A model generated the notes under the pieces. The model was not told the DNA's origin. It was given only the letters and a program-made list of their open reading frames with translations, and ran no database searches. A program made the position numbers and the translations under genes. 64,000 bases of DNA. Source: an uncultured Methylomirabilota bacterium. GTDB taxonomy: Bacteria > Methylomirabilota > Methylomirabilia > Methylomirabilales > 2-02-FULL-66-22. Below are positions 52,061 through 61,812 of this stretch, piece by piece. The stretch is taken from the NCBI GenBank assembly GCA_963845565.1, contig CAWJSJ010000002.1:320001-384000 (forward strand), read 5' to 3'. The number at the start of each line of letters is the position of its first letter. Position 1 is the stretch's first letter.

Positions 52061-53221
52061 TCAGGCCTGGCCGGCGTAGCTGAGGGCGGTGAGCACGTAC
52101 ACCTTGGCGGCTCGCACGAGTTCGGCGATGGGGACCGACTCCAGGTCGGCGTGGGCGCCCTGGCCACCGGGGCCGTGGTAGATCGCGGGAACCCTTCCTT
52201 CCTTGATGAAGATGGCGGCGTCACCAACCATCCGGCTGCCCACGAGGGGGAGCTCGCGTCCGGTCACCTCGGTGTACGCACGGCGCAGGGCGACGACCAG
52301 CGGCTCGTCCTCCGCCACGCGGAACCCGTCCCGCACCGGGATGAGATTCAACGCCACCTGCGCTCCGGTCTCCCGCTCGACCTGTGTGGCCATAGCCTGG
52401 AGCTCTGCCAGAACGTTGGCGTATGAATTCTCGGGTCCGTAGCGCCGCGTCCCGACCAGTCGGCAGGCGTTGGTCCACCGATTGAAGAAGTCTCCGCCCT
52501 GCAGGATGCCGACGAAGAACGATTCGTGGCCGACGTAGGGGATCTTGACGTGTGCGAGCTGGTTGTGCCGCGCCTGCATCAGATTCACCAGGCGGACGGC
52601 GGCCAGGATCGGGTGCGGCGTGTCGGGCGGCGTCAGCAGCTCGTGACTGGACTCGCCGGGTCTTGTGATCGTGAAATCGAACGCGGCCTGACCGAGCCCC
52701 ACGACGGGCAGCGTGTCGGACGCCAGCTCCGTGATGATCACGGCGTCGCCTTTGATTCCCCGGCGGACTAGGTCCGACAGGTCCTCGCCATGCCCATCCG
52801 GCGCCTCGTGCAGGCCGTGCGCGACCAGGAGGAGGTCGCCCTTGAGCCGCACACCCGATTCCACGATGACGTGCGCCGCCTCGGCCATGGCGGCCAGGCC
52901 GCCCTTCATGTCGGCGCTGCCCCGCCCGTAGATCCGCCCGTCCTTGACGTACGGGGCCGGATGATCCACCGGCACCGTGTCCAGGTGGCCGTTGAATTCC
53001 AATGTCGGCCCCGCGCCGGCGCCCCGCAGGCGCGCCACCACGCACGGATCATTCGGGAAGTCCCGGAGCACCTCCACCGCTAAACCGATCCCCTCCAGGT
53101 GCCGCGCGTACGCCGCCGCAACTTCCCGCGTGTCCCCCGTGTAGGACCGGATCCGGACCAGGTCCAGCGTCGCCTGCTGAAGCCGTTCCGCGTCAACACG
53201 CCCGAGCAGATCTTCCCACAT
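52061..53221 (-). CDS. M20 family metallo-hydrolase (ArgE/DapE-like)
   Basis: NGHLDTV, GRGSADMKGG, GPG..AHADLE; HE in place of the usual EE. Confidence 0.88.
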   Translation of the reverse strand: MWEDLLGRVDAERLQQATLDLVRIRSYTGDTREVAAAYARHLEGIGLAVEVLRDFPNDPCVVARLRGAGAGPTLEFNGHLDTVPVDHPAPYVKDGRIYGRGSADMKGGLAAMAEAAHVIVESGVRLKGDLLLVAHGLHEAPDGHGEDLSDLVRRGIKGDAVIITELASDTLPVVGLGQAAFDFTITRPGESSHELLTPPDTPHPILAAVRLVNLMQARHNQLAHVKIPYVGHESFFVGILQGGDFFNRWTNACRLVGTRRYGPENSYANVLAELQAMATQVERETGAQVALNLIPVRDGFRVAEDEPLVVALRRAYTEVTGRELPLVGSRMVGDAAIFIKEGRVPAIYHGPGGQGAHADLESVPIAELVRAAKVYVLTALSYAGQA

Positions 53222-53383
53222 ATGGTACCCTCTCGCCCGCTTCTCGACAGCGGAATCCGTCAGCGACGGCGGCCGGATCCCTTGCGGTCGGATCTCTCTG
53301 TCGCCGTCTCCGCCGTTCTGTTCGCTGCCAGCTGCCCGCTGCTCTTCGCTGTCCCTGTCGCTATCCCTGTCGTCTCGCGCGCG

Positions 53384-54265
53384 TCACCACCGGGACTTGA
53401 GCAGCGCCTCCACGTCCGCGGGGCTTCCTCGCCACGGCCCAGGCTGTTCTTGCTTGAGCGTCGTGACCGCGCCCGCCCAGCGGCAGGCCTCCTCGGGCGA
53501 GCTGCCCAGGCGCTTGGCCACGTAGGTGCCGAAGCAGGTATCGCCGCGCCCCGTCCGTCCGCTGAGGTTCCGCGGCGTGAACGGCGCCTGGTAGATCTTG
53601 CCCTCCGAGTACACGGTCACGCCCGATGACTGGGTGAGGACGATCTCGCGCGGCCCGCAGGCCGCGAGCGTCTGCGCCGCCTTGACGAGGTCGGTCTCGC
53701 CGGTGAGCAGCTCGGCCTCGGCTCGGTCCACCTTGAGGTAGGTGATGTGCGCGAGCCCCTCGTGCATGTCGGGCCACTGCTTGAAGACCAGCTCGTTCCC
53801 TTCGCGGACCCGCACGAAACCCTGCACGTCCATCCCGACGGGACCGCGCGCCGCGATCTGCTTGAGGAGCGCGAGATCCACCTCCCCCGCGATCAGGGGC
53901 ACGATCAGCGTGACCTTGGCCGGGACGTGCGGGATATCCTGGGCCCGGAACGCGCCGGCAAACGCCAGCGGCCGGCAGATCCGCCGCTCCATGTCGGCCG
54001 AATTGTAGATGTTCTCGATCCCAGTGGTGGCCGGGGCCGGCGTGGCGAAGATCTCGACCCCCTCATCCCGCAGCTCATCCAGCCGCGGGAAATCTTCCGG
54101 GTGCAGCCGGGTCGCGACGGCCACGCGGGCGCCCAGCCGGCGCACGGCCACGCCGCCGTAGAACACCGCCCCTCCGGAGGCAGACTCGCCCTTCCCGTCT
54201 ACCACCAGCCGGTCCTTGGCGAAATGCCCGATCATCAAGATGTCGAAGTCCGTCCGTGTTGCCAT
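53384..54265 (-). CDS. PfkB family carbohydrate kinase
   Basis: GGAVFYG, DVQGFVR, LKVDRAEA, GRTGRGDT. Confidence 0.82.
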   Translation of the reverse strand: MATRTDFDILMIGHFAKDRLVVDGKGESASGGAVFYGGVAVRRLGARVAVATRLHPEDFPRLDELRDEGVEIFATPAPATTGIENIYNSADMERRICRPLAFAGAFRAQDIPHVPAKVTLIVPLIAGEVDLALLKQIAARGPVGMDVQGFVRVREGNELVFKQWPDMHEGLAHITYLKVDRAEAELLTGETDLVKAAQTLAACGPREIVLTQSSGVTVYSEGKIYQAPFTPRNLSGRTGRGDTCFGTYVAKRLGSSPEEACRWAGAVTTLKQEQPGPWRGSPADVEALLKSRW

Positions 54266-54306
54266 CGGTCCATGACCTCCTGCGGGAGATGACGGGTTGC
54301 GCCGTC

Positions 54307-55131
54307 TCAGCGGTGCAGCTCCTCCGTCGGTGTCGTGATCGCTGTGTAGGCATCCGGCCGTCGATCCCGCGCCAGGAGGAACCGCCGGCGCGCCTGGATG
54401 ACGGCCTCTTGATCGATGTCCGCGCTGATGATCTGCTCGTCGGTTCCGCTGGCCTGCACCAGGATCTTCCCGAGCGGGTCGATGATCATACTCTTGCCCG
54501 ACATCACCCAGTCTCCCTCCTGCCCCACGTGATTGCAGGCGGCCAGATACACGCCGTTCTCCAGCGCTCGTGTGGTCAGGAAATTCTCCCACGGATCGGC
54601 CACCGGGGTGGCATACGGCGCGATGACCAGCTCCGCACCGTGGAGCATCAGGCAGCGGCAGGACTCCGGGAACAGGTTGTCGTAGCAGATGGAGATGCCC
54701 ACCGTCCACTCGCCGACCGGGAACACCGGAAAGGACGAACCGCCCCGGAAGTAGATCTTCTCCAGGCTGAGATGCGCCGCCGGGTGCACCTTCCGGTACT
54801 TGCCGACGATCCGACCCTCCGGGTTGATCAGCATCGCCGTGTCGTAGTGGAAGCCGGGGCGGGCCACCTCGAAGATCGTCGAGACGATGTGGATCCCGTG
54901 CTCTCGCGCCTTCGCCTTCATCCGGGTCTGGGTGTACCCATCCTCGGTCTCGGCGTAGTCCAGGTAGCGATAGTCCCGGAACTGCGGAAAGTACTCGACG
55001 TTGAAGAACTCCGGCAGGACGACGATATCGGGGCGTCGACGGGCCGCCTCGTCGATGAGGGCGCAGGCCCGCTCGACGTTCTCGTCCCGGGACGCCGTCC
55101 GGCTGTGCATCTGGATCAGGTCGAGCCGCAT
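54307..55131 (-). CDS. Carbon-nitrogen hydrolase (nitrilase superfamily)
   Basis: Catalytic triad in LPE, YRKVH, ICYD; C-terminal DRRP. Confidence 0.92.
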   Translation of the reverse strand: MRLDLIQMHSRTASRDENVERACALIDEAARRRPDIVVLPEFFNVEYFPQFRDYRYLDYAETEDGYTQTRMKAKAREHGIHIVSTIFEVARPGFHYDTAMLINPEGRIVGKYRKVHPAAHLSLEKIYFRGGSSFPVFPVGEWTVGISICYDNLFPESCRCLMLHGAELVIAPYATPVADPWENFLTTRALENGVYLAACNHVGQEGDWVMSGKSMIIDPLGKILVQASGTDEQIISADIDQEAVIQARRRFLLARDRRPDAYTAITTPTEELHR

Positions 55132-55167
55132 GATCGCGCTCCTCTCGCGGGGCCGGAGGGTCACGCC

Positions 55168-55902
55168 CTACCGAACGGTGGGCAGCGTGTCCTGCCCTTT
55201 CCATGCCACATCGATGGCGGCGCCGTTGATGGCGGCCGAGTCGTCGCAGGACAGGTACAGAATGATCTCGGCCACCTCGTCCGGCTGAGTGAGCGTCCGC
55301 GGGTCCTCGTTCGGGTAGTTCCGTGCCCGGAGCGGCGTCGCCACCGGGCCGGGGCAGATGGCGTTCACCCGGATCCCCTGCGACTTCAGCTCCAGCGCCA
55401 GGGACGAGGTGAAGCCGATCACCGCGTGCTTGGAGGCCGCATACGCGGCCCGCATGGCGCTGCCTTCCTTGCCCAACCGCGACGCAACGTTGACGATGGT
55501 GCCGGACCGGCGCTGCAGGAAATGCGGAAGAAGCGCCCGGGTCAACAGGAACATACCGCGGACATTGACCCCGAAGTTGAGATCCCAGCTCTCGGTGGGG
55601 AGCGTCGCCACCGCACCGTGGATCGCGACACCGGCAGAGTGCACGAGGACGTCCACCCGGCCCATCGCGTCGAGCGCCGCCTTCGCCAGCGCGGCGACCT
55701 GGGCCTCGTCGCACAGATCGGCCGGCACCGGGAGGGCCGCGCGACCCAGGGCGCGCACCTCGACTGCCACCGCCTCGATCTCTTCCCGAACCTCCGACGC
55801 GAGAACCAGGTTCGCCCCCTCCCGCGCAAACCGGAGAGCCGTGGCGCGCCCGATGCCCCGCCCCGCCCCGGTGATCAGGGCAATCTTCCCTTTCAGCCTC
55901 AT
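55168..55902 (-). CDS. Short-chain dehydrogenase/reductase
   Basis: TGAGRGIG, YAASK, VNAICPG. Confidence 0.92.
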   Translation of the reverse strand: MRLKGKIALITGAGRGIGRATALRFAREGANLVLASEVREEIEAVAVEVRALGRAALPVPADLCDEAQVAALAKAALDAMGRVDVLVHSAGVAIHGAVATLPTESWDLNFGVNVRGMFLLTRALLPHFLQRRSGTIVNVASRLGKEGSAMRAAYAASKHAVIGFTSSLALELKSQGIRVNAICPGPVATPLRARNYPNEDPRTLTQPDEVAEIILYLSCDDSAAINGAAIDVAWKGQDTLPTVR

Positions 55903-56023
55903 GAGGGACCCCACCTCCCGACAGCATGGTGCGCGACAGGCCGGCCGGACCCGGCGGGCGGGACGGTTCTACCACCTTGGAAAGGGACGGTCAAGGAGCG
56001 GCCAGGGTGAGCGGGGCAACCCG

Positions 56024-56788
56024 TTATGCGCGCAACTCCTTGATGGCGGCGGCGCCTCCGGCCATCATCAGGCCGAAATCGTAGTTGTACATCAAGAGGC
56101 GCATCCCCCGGTCCCGCCAGGCTTTCAGCATGTCCAGGTCGCCTACGTGGGTGCCCGAGGGGAGTCCGCGCCTCTTGGCAGCGTCGGCCACCCGCTGGAT
56201 GTACTCCGTCACCTGTGGGTGCGCGATGTCCATCGTGCCGAGCGACACGGAAAGGTCCGCCGGCCCCATCAGCGCCGCATCCACGCCGGGGACCGCCAGG
56301 ATGGCATCGATGTCCTCGACCGCCTCACGGGTCTCGATCTGGACGATCACCATGGTCTCCGCGTTGGCCCAGGTACCGTATTCGCCGATGGTCATCCCGC
56401 GGTAGTCGGTGTTGGTCCGCGCGTTCATCATTCCCCTTTCGCCCATGGGCGGATACTTCGCGGCCGCCACGATCTGCTCCACCTGGGCGCGCGTCTTGAT
56501 GCGAGGCACCATCACGCCCAGCGCGCCCGCGTCCAACGTCCGCGCGATGAAGGGGTACGAGAAATCCGGCACGCGGACCAGCGGGGTGATGCCCTCCAGC
56601 CGCGCCATCTGCATCATGTCGGAGACGGTTTCGAGGCTGTACGAGCCGTGCTCCGTATCCAGGATGAAGTAATCGAAGCCTGCAACGGCCAGCGCCCGCG
56701 CGATGGCGGGCGTGCGGGTGTCGCAGATCATCGTGCCGATCGCGGTGCCGCCCGATTGCAGCAGCCGCTTGAGCTTGTTCTCGATCAT
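56024..56788 (-). CDS. HpcH/HpaI (GarL-like) aldolase
   Basis: GFDYFILDTEHG, LDAGALGVMVP, QIET, GPADLS. Confidence 0.92.
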   Translation of the reverse strand: MIENKLKRLLQSGGTAIGTMICDTRTPAIARALAVAGFDYFILDTEHGSYSLETVSDMMQMARLEGITPLVRVPDFSYPFIARTLDAGALGVMVPRIKTRAQVEQIVAAAKYPPMGERGMMNARTNTDYRGMTIGEYGTWANAETMVIVQIETREAVEDIDAILAVPGVDAALMGPADLSVSLGTMDIAHPQVTEYIQRVADAAKRRGLPSGTHVGDLDMLKAWRDRGMRLLMYNYDFGLMMAGGAAAIKELRA

Positions 56789-57155
56789 GGACGTGTTCCT
56801 CTCTGTGTGTGGCGGCGCGCGTGACCGGTGCGATTCTTCGCCTCGCACGCGGACGACGCCGTGGGTCGGGCCGTCGAACGGCGGGAATCCCGATGGTGCC
56901 GAGGGCATTATAGGCTGGCGCTTCGCGCTGGCCAAGCCGCGCGCCGACATTGGTCCCAAGAACAGGACAGCCGGCACGAAACGGTTGCAGAAACCGGGAG
57001 AAGCCAGTAGCCTGGGTGTACTCCAGCTTTCACAAGCAGGGGATCGGCGGGTCTCCGCGGCGAAGAGGCGGGTCTTTTCGCCGCGTCGTTGTGTCACGTC
57101 CCGTCAGACTCGTGGCAAGGCTCGGCACGCGGACGATTAGACAGGGGAGGCAGGC

Positions 57156-58316
57156 ATGCGCGTCGCGAAGCGGCTGGACCAGTTCAAGGCCTACTTGGGC
57201 ACGGAAATGAACGTGCGTCTCACCCGAATGCGCGAGGAAGGGCGGGACGTCATTAATCTGGGACTCGGAGATCCGGACGTCACACCGCCACCGCACCTCT
57301 TGGGCGCGCTTCGGGATGCGGTGAGTTCTCCGGACAATCACCACTATCCGAGCTTCTATTCGAACAGGCCGCTCAAGGAAGCGATCGCCGGCTGGTACCA
57401 GCGGCGGTTCGGGGTCACGGTGGACCCGGCCACGGAGGTGATTCCGCTCCTGGGGTCCAGTGAGGGCCTGTTTGTCATTCATCTCTGCCTCCTGGATCCG
57501 GGCGATACGGCGCTGGTCCCCGATCCGTCCTATCCGTCCTACGCGGCGGGGGTCAAGATCGCCGGTGGGCAGGTCGAGGCGGTGCCCCTGCTCCGGAAAA
57601 ACGGCTTCCTCCCCGACCTGGCATCGATTCCGTCCGACCTCGCCAAGCGGGCGAAGATGATCTGGGTGAACTATCCGAACAACCCGACCGCCGCCGTGGC
57701 GACGCCGGAGTTCTACCGGGCGCTGGTCGAGTGGGCCCGGGTGCACGAGGTGATCGTCGTTCACGATAATCCGTACTCGGAGGTGGCCTTCGACGGCTAC
57801 CAGGCCCCCAGCTTCCTTCAGTTCCCCGGGGCCAAAGAGGTGGGGGTGGAGTTTCACTCCCTCTCCAAGAGTTACAACTGCTGCGGGTGGCGCACCGGCA
57901 TGCTGGTGGGAAACAAGGACGTGGTCGCCGGCATGGCGAAGGTCAAGTCCCACTCCGACCGGGGCATGTATTACCCGCTGCAAGCCGCCTCCACGGCAGC
58001 CCTGAACGGGCCCGTGGATTTCATGGCCACGCGCAACGGGACCTTCAAGGAGCGGCGGGATGTCGTCGTGCAGGGCCTGCGGGCGGTCGGCCTGGACGTG
58101 GACCTACCCAAGGCCACTTTCTACGTCTGGGCCCCCGTCCCGGAGGGGTTCACCTCGCAGGACTTCTGCTTCAAGGTCCTGGACGCCATCAACGTCTGGA
58201 TGATTCCGGGCTCCATGTATGGAGCGCACGGCGAGGGATACTTCCGGATTGCGCTGACGCATCCGGCCGCCCGACTTGCTGAAGCAATGAAGAGACTGAA
58301 AGAGTTTATGGGCTGA
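57156..58316 (+). CDS. Class I/II PLP aminotransferase (LL-diaminopimelate aminotransferase-like)
   Basis: INLGLGDPD, NYPNNPT, DNPY, SLSKSY..GWR. Confidence 0.9.
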   Translation: MRVAKRLDQFKAYLGTEMNVRLTRMREEGRDVINLGLGDPDVTPPPHLLGALRDAVSSPDNHHYPSFYSNRPLKEAIAGWYQRRFGVTVDPATEVIPLLGSSEGLFVIHLCLLDPGDTALVPDPSYPSYAAGVKIAGGQVEAVPLLRKNGFLPDLASIPSDLAKRAKMIWVNYPNNPTAAVATPEFYRALVEWARVHEVIVVHDNPYSEVAFDGYQAPSFLQFPGAKEVGVEFHSLSKSYNCCGWRTGMLVGNKDVVAGMAKVKSHSDRGMYYPLQAASTAALNGPVDFMATRNGTFKERRDVVVQGLRAVGLDVDLPKATFYVWAPVPEGFTSQDFCFKVLDAINVWMIPGSMYGAHGEGYFRIALTHPAARLAEAMKRLKEFMG

Positions 58317-58375
58317 GGACGCCTCGCGGGGAGGCGGCGGGTCTTCACGGTACGCTCATCGAGCGGGAGGGAAAA

Positions 58376-58783
58376 ATGGTTCAGATCGATGTCACATATC
58401 AGGGCGGGCTTCGCTGCCAGGCGGTGCATGGGCCGAGCGGGATGAAACTCGTGACCGATGCACCAGTGGACAACCACGGGAAGGGCGAGAGCTTCTCTCC
58501 CACCGACCTGGTCGCGACGGCGCTGGGCGCCTGCATCCCCACCATCATGGGGATCGTGGCGGAGCGGGAGAAGATCGACTTCACCGGTATGCGGATCACG
58601 GTCCAGAAGGAGATGTCGGCCGAGCCGCCCCGGCGGATCGCCCGGCTCGCCACCCGGATCGTGATGCCCAAGGGGCTGACCGACCAGCAGAAGATCAAGC
58701 TGGAGAAGGCCGCGCTCACCTGCCCCGTCCATCAGACACTGCACGGCAACGTCGAGCTGCCGATCGAGTTCGTGTACCCGTAG
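58376..58783 (+). CDS. OsmC family protein
   Basis: TDAPVDNHGKGESFSPTDL..LGAC..CPVH. Confidence 0.9.
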   Translation: MVQIDVTYQGGLRCQAVHGPSGMKLVTDAPVDNHGKGESFSPTDLVATALGACIPTIMGIVAEREKIDFTGMRITVQKEMSAEPPRRIARLATRIVMPKGLTDQQKIKLEKAALTCPVHQTLHGNVELPIEFVYP

Positions 58784-59075
58784 GACGTCCCAAATACGCC
58801 CTGCTGCGCCTCCGGTTCGCGCCGAGGCGCAGCAGGGCGCCAATCATCCTTCCGGCCACACCGCTCAGTTCATTCGAGTCGCCCTGCCGCGGAAGAGTTT
58901 TTTGACCGCAGACGCGACCAGGGGGGGCGTTTCCCGCCAAGCTACTGAAACCCCGGGAGTTGCGCGCGATGTCCGATACGGCCAGGACATGCCCCTCGTA
59001 TGAATATGAAGACGAATCGACGCGGCTGCTCGCCTCGAGGCCTCATCGGGGCCGGCGAGCTGTTCGACGGCCCGC

Positions 59076-61049
59076 TTAGCGGTAGATGTCCCCCTCCCGA
59101 AACGCCGCCCAGGCGGTCTCGAACCAGGTATCTGTCGTAGGCAGTGCGCGTCGCGGAATCCAGGTGCTCGTCACCGTCCCGTCGGGCGTCGCCACGGTTT
59201 CCAGGACCCGCTCGCGAAAACCGGGACTGGGCGGCGCGAATCTCCACTCCGGACCGAGCCTGTCGTGGGTTGGTGTTCCGCCGGCGTCCAGGACCATGGA
59301 GGAGCCGCGACTCCCCGCCCCGCTCTTCACGGCAAACTGGATAGCCTCCAGATACACCAGATGGGCAAAGCAAAGCTGCCGGGTGGTCCAGGCCTCCCGG
59401 CGCTCCGCGGGGGTCGCCTGGCAGCCGGAGGATTCCAAGCGCTGCCATTGCGCGCGTGCCTCGGCCACGGCCTGGCCGATATCTGCCGCCGATCGGATGT
59501 GTGCCCCCGCACGCGTCATCCGGCGCTGCAACTCTTCGCGCTCCTCGCGCCAGCTCCGCCGGGCGCGGCGTAGCGCACTCCACCGCAGCGCGGTCCTGGC
59601 GGCGGCTTCCGCCGCCCGCGCGAATGCCTCGGCATCGAGACTCTTGGCCGCGTACCGCCGGGCGATGTACTCCGCGGCGCGGAAGCCGCCCACCTGTCCG
59701 GAGTTCAGCGCGGACCCGCCTGGGCGATAGATCCCGTGCGACCCGTTCACCTCGCCTACCGGGAAGAGGTGGCGGAGGTTCGCGGATTCCCACCAGTGGT
59801 TGGCCGCCAGACCCCCGTTGTTGTGCTGGGCGCAGACGGCAATCTCCAGCGGTTCCCGGGCGAGGTCGATGCCGTGCTCCCGATACAGGGCGATGGCGGC
59901 CGGATTCATGGCCTCCAGCCGGGCGAACGGCGTCCCGTGGAGCGCGTGCGATTTGGTCAGGTACGTGCGCGCCTCTTCACTGAGGCCCGAGACCGAGAAG
60001 CCGACCGGGTTCTCGCGGTAGTCGAGGAAGACCCGCCTTCCCTTGATCACGGTCTCGATGTACACCAGGATGTCGACCAGCGACGATCCGCCGGCGATCT
60101 TCCGGGAATCGAAGGGCCACTGATAACCCTTCAGGAACACCATGGAATGCATCGCCCCAGGAGAGGAGAAGTACTCACCCAGAAACTCGCGGGGGTCACT
60201 TGCGCCGTCCGCCGCGGTGCTCAAGAAGCGGGGCACGACCTGCATGTACGTCCCCGAGACGTTCCAGCGGAACCCGATCGATGCCAGCCCGTACTGGGAT
60301 TCCGGCAGATTCTGCGCGTGGGCACCGGCCAGCAATGCGACCCCGACCCCGCCGGAGTGCACCTCCGGATAGACGCTGGTCCGGTACAATCCGCCGGGGC
60401 CGCCGGTGGCGTACACCACGTTCTCCGCCTCGTACGCCTCCATGCGCCCGCGCAGGTCGAGCGCCAGCGCCCCCGCCGCCCGGCGCGTACCGGCTTCGTC
60501 CACGGTGACCAGCGCGATGGCGACTCGGCCCTCATGCACCGGGATGTCGAGACGCCGCACCTCGCGGATCAACGCGCGACACATCTCGCGGGAGGTGTAG
60601 GGCCCGATGGACGTGGCCCGCTGCCGAGGGTCGTGATCCGTCTTGTACCCCACGAACTGCCCATAGGCGTCGGTGGGGAACGGAACTCCCAGGGTGACCA
60701 GATGCAGGAACGCGCGGGCGGACAGGCTGGCCTCGACCAGGGCCAAATCACCGTGCATGCTGCCCCCGGAAAAGTAGGTCTCCGCCATGGTGCGCGGGGA
60801 GTCCACGTCGTCGCCGCACATGGCCAACTTGTAGTAGGTCTGCTTGTCGCTCCCGGTGTTGATCGAGGTCCCCTTGTCGAGCCCCTCGGTCAGGATCAGG
60901 ACGTCTTCGATCCCCTGGCGACGCAGTTGCACGGCGGCGTTGAGACCGGCGGCCCCGCTGCCGATCACCAGCGTGTGGACGCGAAACCGGGGTAGGGTCT
61001 TGGTGCCCCCACCAGCATCCGCCGACACCGCTAGCGTTGTTCTTTCCAT
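59076..61049 (-). CDS. FAD-binding oxidoreductase (SdhA/NadB-like flavoprotein fold, stand-alone)
   Basis: VIGSGAAG, ATGG, QHNNGG, GEVNGSHG..RPGGSALN. Confidence 0.85.
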   Translation of the reverse strand: MERTTLAVSADAGGGTKTLPRFRVHTLVIGSGAAGLNAAVQLRRQGIEDVLILTEGLDKGTSINTGSDKQTYYKLAMCGDDVDSPRTMAETYFSGGSMHGDLALVEASLSARAFLHLVTLGVPFPTDAYGQFVGYKTDHDPRQRATSIGPYTSREMCRALIREVRRLDIPVHEGRVAIALVTVDEAGTRRAAGALALDLRGRMEAYEAENVVYATGGPGGLYRTSVYPEVHSGGVGVALLAGAHAQNLPESQYGLASIGFRWNVSGTYMQVVPRFLSTAADGASDPREFLGEYFSSPGAMHSMVFLKGYQWPFDSRKIAGGSSLVDILVYIETVIKGRRVFLDYRENPVGFSVSGLSEEARTYLTKSHALHGTPFARLEAMNPAAIALYREHGIDLAREPLEIAVCAQHNNGGLAANHWWESANLRHLFPVGEVNGSHGIYRPGGSALNSGQVGGFRAAEYIARRYAAKSLDAEAFARAAEAAARTALRWSALRRARRSWREEREELQRRMTRAGAHIRSAADIGQAVAEARAQWQRLESSGCQATPAERREAWTTRQLCFAHLVYLEAIQFAVKSGAGSRGSSMVLDAGGTPTHDRLGPEWRFAPPSPGFRERVLETVATPDGTVTSTWIPRRALPTTDTWFETAWAAFREGDIYR

Positions 61050-61300
61050 CGCGCACATCCTTCTGGGGACCACCTGGGTCGCTGGGCCAAGACCGGTAAC
61101 CGGAGCGGACGCCGCACCCCCGCAGGGCGCCGAGGCGCCGCGAGGTCCTCAAGGGCCAGGGAAGAATCGCGCACATCGGAGCGGCTGTCAAGGGTGCGTC
61201 CGGATATTGAATGGATCTCGGAGCCTTCCGGCCGCAAGTATCCCTTGACTTCGATCACGGAAATCGCATATGTACATGGCATTCAAACCGAGGTAGAAAC

Positions 61301-61729
61301 GTGATCTCGAAAACCGGTACGCATGCCTTGACCGCCCTCGCCGCGCTGGCTAAACTCGCAAACGGGAACTACGCCGGGACCGGTGACGTCGCGCGCGCCA
61401 TCGGCGCCCCGCGCAATTATCTGGGGAAGCTTCTGAAAGCGCTGAGCGACCAGGGACTGGTCGAATCCCAGAAGGGCAAGGGCGGCGGCTTTCGACTGGC
61501 GCGGGACCCCACCACCATCACGCTCCTGGACGTCATGGAGCCCGTCGGGCGCGTCAACCGCTGGACCGGGTGTTTTTTGGGGCAGGTGCGCTGCTCGGAC
61601 GATGTCCCCTGCTCGGTGCACGCGCGCTGGAGCGTGACGCGCGAGGCCTATTTTCATTTCCTCAAGAGCACAACCGTGGCCGATCTGGTCACGCAGGTTA
61701 TTCCGAACTCCTATCCCCTAGAGCCGTAA
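61301..61729 (+). CDS. Rrf2 family transcriptional regulator with three Cys plus His
   Basis: NYLGKLL..LVESQKGKGGGFRLAR..ITLLDV..CFLGQVRCSDDVPCSVH. Confidence 0.9.
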   Translation: MISKTGTHALTALAALAKLANGNYAGTGDVARAIGAPRNYLGKLLKALSDQGLVESQKGKGGGFRLARDPTTITLLDVMEPVGRVNRWTGCFLGQVRCSDDVPCSVHARWSVTREAYFHFLKSTTVADLVTQVIPNSYPLEP

Positions 61730-61812
61730 CCGATCCAGGAGAGGATCTGGTTTTCCAACCCATTAAACACGATACCGGCATGCGCTTACAGTATTTCAAA
61801 GGAGGGGCGCCC

